NCBI GenBank assembly: GCA_951406725.2
Contig: OX597823.1
Span: 107,632,001 to 107,696,000, forward strand
Reading direction: 5' to 3'
DNA: 64,000 bases
DNA from: Octopus vulgaris
Lineage: Eukaryota
The position numbers and the translations under genes are program-made. This document shows positions 59,267 through 64,000 of this stretch, piece by piece (position 1 is the stretch's first letter; each line of letters begins with the position of its first letter). The notes under the pieces were generated by a model. It made no database searches, was not told the origin of the DNA, and saw only the letters and a list, made by a program, of their open reading frames with translations.

Positions 59267-59820
59267 GAATGAGAGAGGAGTACATGCTATCAAAGTGACA
59301 CTGGGGTAAAATATACGAAGCCCAGTATACCCATCATGACTACCCATATGATAAAGGTACACCAAGCACATGCAGCACAACTATATGTGTACAACATGGT
59401 GATCTCATATCAAGATAAACTGTGCAGGACCTTGCAGGTGGGACCCAGATAGAATTTTCTTCAAGTCAAGTAGCCCATTCCACTCAAAAGGTCCCTGAAT
59501 AAGGGTTGTTTAAGGATGTTGAAAGAAACACCCATGTTTCCAAAGGTGAATTATTCAAACCCCAAAGAATCCCTCTTAACACATGGCTATGATGCTCTCC
59601 ACTACTTCTGCTCATGATCAGAGATGCACATATCGTCAGCCACTAAGGGGCATGCTCAACTGGTTATGGTCAAACAACTGACAAGCAAATCTGTGGTATT
59701 GAGCAGAATATTTGTTGTAGTCCATGTTTTATACCAAGACAAAACAAGTACATGATAGCACTTCCAATCAGTTAAGATCAGAAGCCATGAGAGCCAGTCC
59801 CTGGTACTGTGTCAGGACAC
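59267..59820 (-). mobile_element. About 550-bp interspersed element in (TAA)n context, probable non-LTR (R4/Dong-associated) derivative
   Basis: Bounded by (TTA/TTG)n on the left and (TTA)n on the right; resembles a common octopus repeat from memory; clade assignment inferred. Confidence 0.45.
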
Positions 59821-61754
59821 TTATTATTATTACTATTATACATACTTTGTCCTGTACTGTCCATAACGTTTTCCTTAATGTAAACCCTTTGTGGTTAATA
59901 AAGGAACCATTATTATTATTGTCTTACTTCTCAGAGCACTTGGTCTTGTTTGCTCTGGTTGATTCTGTGAAAGCGGACAGCAGCTTGTTGTCAGAGGTCT
60001 TTATTAATATTATATTTATTATTATTATCATTGCTGTTGCTGCTGCCGACTGTTGTTTTTAGATGTGTTGTTTCATCACTCCAGGAATCAGCTCTTGAAT
60101 ATTACCAACGAAAAATTACTTTGGAGTACTTGCTAATTAAGAATTCTTGTTACTTGTGGATGTCTTCCCTCTTCTCCACTATGCAGGCTAGACAAAAATT
60201 ATTTGTTTTTATAGACTTTATATTGTATTCCATCTCATATCAAAATGGTTAATAGTTATGACCCTCAACAAAATGAAAATAATATTCATACAAAACAAAT
60301 TTAGTGATAGCACAAAAGTATATTCTAATGCAGAATGAACTCTTACAAAAAAATAAAAAAAATAAAGAATATAATTGAGAAAGAAATGATTTCAGACATT
60401 CATTATAGGCAATGCATATAGCCACAGGGTTAAAGAATTTAGTTATACCTCTGTTGCATCATCATCATTTAACGTCCATTTTCCATGTTGCTATGGGTTG
60501 GACCCATGTAGAATATTTAGATGTGACAAGGTTTCTAGAAAAAGTAATTATCTAAGAGATTTGTGTAAAACTAGACAATGTCTCTTTGTCCTGGGTCTAA
60601 TCCAAGAGAAGACAAAGAGAAAAATCACTTACTGTGCTTGAAGAAGGATCACAGTTTCAAATAACTACCATCTCAGCATATCAAGAAATATCAAGAGTTA
60701 TTATCTCATTTGAGAAAGATAACGCTTATGACATTGACTGCTGTACTATTGGGACTGAAGACTCAGCAAAAAAAAATATAAGCTGAGATAGTTAGACACA
60801 CCTCTACCCATACACATGTGTCCTAGTTTTTGGTACAGGGAAATGCATGGGTGATGATACGGGACATTGGAAATGATGTTAATCCTTTGCATCACTATAT
60901 TGGTTGATGGCAAGTTCAGAGGTGATGAGAGACAAATGATCAGGAGGAGTCAAGATGAATTTGTATGTCATAATGGCACCCTCAAAAGCCACAAGGGTAT
61001 AGCAGAGCTGTACCCAGTTGAAGGTGCTGAGACAAAAAGATGGTGCAGTGCAAAAATCCTAGTTGTTATACATATGGTAGTAAAAATTACTAGTGGGACT
61101 TTTACACCCCAACCAGACTCCAAACTGCAAAGTCTAAGAAAGCAGCTGAGGCAGCAACAAGGTAGCAGTCTCTTGAGTTCCATCAATCACAGCACCAAAA
61201 ACATTAAAGGAGACCACCTTATACACTTCATCTCAAGAATAAGGGGACAGACAATCCATCTACCAGACTGTATTAACTAGCATCATCACCCCTGTTATCA
61301 TGTGATTATCAGTAAGAGGTGCTGGAGGACCATGAAAAAAAGAAACATTAATGAAAATATAGGAGGTAAAAAAAAAAAAGGTAGATCTTAAAGAAAGGTG
61401 AATCTTGACAAAAGTGACCCAAAAGTGTAAGTTTACTCCCTTTCCCTAGAAGAATGTTACAAGATTTACAGTAATGCAACAGGATACATCAAATATGTGT
61501 ATCAAAGTGTTATACTACTTGATAGGTGAAATATTTGTAGGTAAAGATGAGAATTATAAATATGCAGAAGGTGGAATATTAGTAATATGCTTACAACTGT
61601 TATGAGTACATGAAAGAAAGGGAAAGGCAGAGTTGTGGGATGCATTGGCTCTCTCTTAGATGAAGAATATTAATATTATTGTTAAATATATATTTTTTCC
61701 CCCTTCATAATCCCAGATAACTAAAGGGCTGGTTAGTGGAAGCATAGATATTAA

Positions 61755-62140
61755 ATATTCCTTTCGTACTCTAGGCACAAGGCCCGAAATTTTGGGGGAG
61801 TGGGGCCAGTCAATTAGATCAACCTAGTATGCAGCTGGTACTTAATTTATCAACCCCGAAAGGATGAAAGGCAAAGTTAACCTCGGCAGAATTTGAACTC
61901 AGAACGTAAGGACAGATAAAATACCTATTTCTTTACTACCCACAAGGGGCTAGGACAAACAAATGGATTAAGTCGATATATATCGACCTCAGTGCATAAC
62001 TGGCACTTATTTAATCAACCCTGAAAGGATGGAAGTCAAAATCAACCTCAGTGGAATTTGAACTCAGAGCGTAGTGGCAGACGAAATACCGCTAAGCATG
62101 TCACCCAGTGTGCTAATGTTTCTGCCAGCTTGCTGCCTTA
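61755..62140 (-). mobile_element. Dimeric Meta-type SINE family B
   Basis: Two GAAAGGATG(A/G)AAG...GAATTTGAACTCAG cores; head GGCAGCAAGCTGGCAGAAACATTAGCAC with CpG decay. Confidence 0.9.
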
Positions 62141-63122
62141 ATTAATAATGGTTATTAATATTGTTCACATGTGGGGTGAGGAATTGCAAACAAAAGCTTA
62201 CTCAAGGTATCACAAATCACTTCCTAGTTCATCACCATCTTCACTTCTACCATCATCATCATGTTAAACACATCTTAGCCATCATATCTATCTGTATTTC
62301 AATCTATCCCCTTTCTTGCAATGATCCCTGTTACATTAATCATATGTAGAAAGGGTTAAGTTCCCCACTCCTTCCCATCCCACTCACACACTTCATTGTT
62401 TCCTTTAGTCAACCTAGATGCAAGCCTACTTATAAATCAACAGATCCCAACCCTTGCTATGACTGCCACCCACCCCATTTGTTTTACCTGTCCTGTCCCA
62501 CTCCTTCCTCCCTGTCTCTTCATCCATTCTCAACACCTGCTCCAGTGTCACCTCCATTTCCAGTCTCCCACACATTTCAGTTTTCCATGTAGTGTGTGTT
62601 GAACACACTCTACTACTTCCACCTTGTTTCCTAGCTAAGTGGAGGTAGAAGGTAGTAGAAAGGTAAGCTTTCATTGTTCTTCACACAGAACTACAACACC
62701 CCTCTACAGTAAAGTTTTTTTTTTCATATATATCCTGCTCATTTTCCTATAAAATGTTCCTATAAATGTGTGTGTATGAGTACAGAGTAGTTTTTTTGTA
62801 CTCATTGTCCCTTGGTCACAAAGATGGTTTATAAAGAAACACACCCTGCCACTCAGTGAAAAAGACCCACCCCAAACACACACAGACAATAAATAAACTT
62901 TAAACAGGCAGCTGTGAATATTACATGATGAATAAAGAATAAAATATTATTATTAATACTATTGTTGTTGTTTTTTTTTTCTTTTATATTCTGAAAATTT
63001 ACTAAATGACTTTGAGTGCTTGCAACAGGTGGTAAAGTTGAAGTTTGTCACTTTTAAAGTTTCAAATGGTTTTGTTTAGAACTGGTAGAGTTATTGTGTT
63101 ATATGTCCATAATTCATATACA

Positions 63123-63156
<34 letters not shown>

Positions 63157-63452
63157 GTGTGTGTGTGTACATATACAAATATTTGTGTTTATTAGAAAAA
63201 TATAGTCATAGAAGCATAGTAAACAAAAGAGAATGACAACCACCTTAACATGAATTAGCTGGCCTGGCAATATGGTTTGAATAAACTTCAAACTTGTGAC
63301 AACAATTTCAACTCTGACATCTGAAAATATTCTCACAGAACACAAAAGGCATTTATGCAAATTATAATCACTTCCAACACACACACACACACACACACGT
63401 ATAAAAAGAGATCTATTTGCAATTTCACTGCAATGGGTTGCTTTGGTATTAT

Positions 63453-63662
63453 ATTCTTTTATTTGTTTCAGTCGTCTGACTGCAGCCATGCTGGAGCACA
63501 GCCTTTAGTCGAAGAAATCGACCTAAGACTTATTTATTGTAAGTCTAGTACTTATTCTATCAGTCACTTATGCTGAACCTCTAAGTTATGGGGATGTAAA
63601 TACATCAACATTGGTTGTCCAGCGATGGTGGGTGGGGACAAACACAGTCACACACACACAAA

Positions 63663-63702
<40 letters not shown>

Positions 63703-63862
63703 ATACGACAGGCTTCTTTCAGTTTCTGTCTCCCAAATCCACTCACAAGGTTTTGGTCAGCCCAAGATTATAGTAGAAGACATGCAAGATGCCATGCAGT
63801 GGGACTGAACCTGGAACCATGTGGTTGGGAAGTAAGCTTCTTACCCTAACCACGCCTGTGCC
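63453..63862 (-). mobile_element. CORE-type SINE family A, full length
   Basis: Homologous to 5445-5867. Confidence 0.9.
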
Positions 63863-64000
63863 TTATGTGAAGAAAAATATGTTTTGTTGTTATTGTAGGT
63901 AGTGTGGATGGCAGCCTTTTTAGTTGAAATAACCATCTGCTATTTTACTCATAAATATGAATAGAATGTTTTAATGATTGAACTTTTGATTTATATAAAT

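Noticed and set aside
60867-61280. 137-aa plus-strand ORF of normal composition
   Set aside because: No recognisable domain or convincing splice signals; possibly a very old TE remnant

Overview
Eukaryotic, very AT-rich and almost entirely non-coding DNA. The repeat landscape (tRNA-derived CORE-type and Meta-type SINEs, RTE and CR1-group LINE relics, maT/mariner relics, kb-scale (TA)n-based satellites) points to an Octopus genome; this is my pattern recognition, not a database result. No intact protein-coding gene is recognisable, and nearly all supplied ORFs are Tyr/Ile/His/Thr artefacts of microsatellites. The most notable item is a full-length, decayed U6 snRNA copy (5872-5979, minus strand) joined 4 nt upstream of a full-length SINE in the same orientation, a candidate U6-SINE chimeric retrocopy analogous to mammalian U6-L1 chimeras. 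Other points: three CpG-retaining islands in CpG-depleted DNA (probable unmethylated regulatory regions inside a large, probably minus-strand gene); an RFX X-box/CCAAT module; a CTCF-like site; a SINE 3' tail shared with a CR1-group LINE; RTE elements carrying a PHD-type finger after the RT core; recurrent SINE breaks at one short hairpin with satellite fill-in; and decayed Penelope-like hammerhead motifs. Repeat boundaries are approximate.
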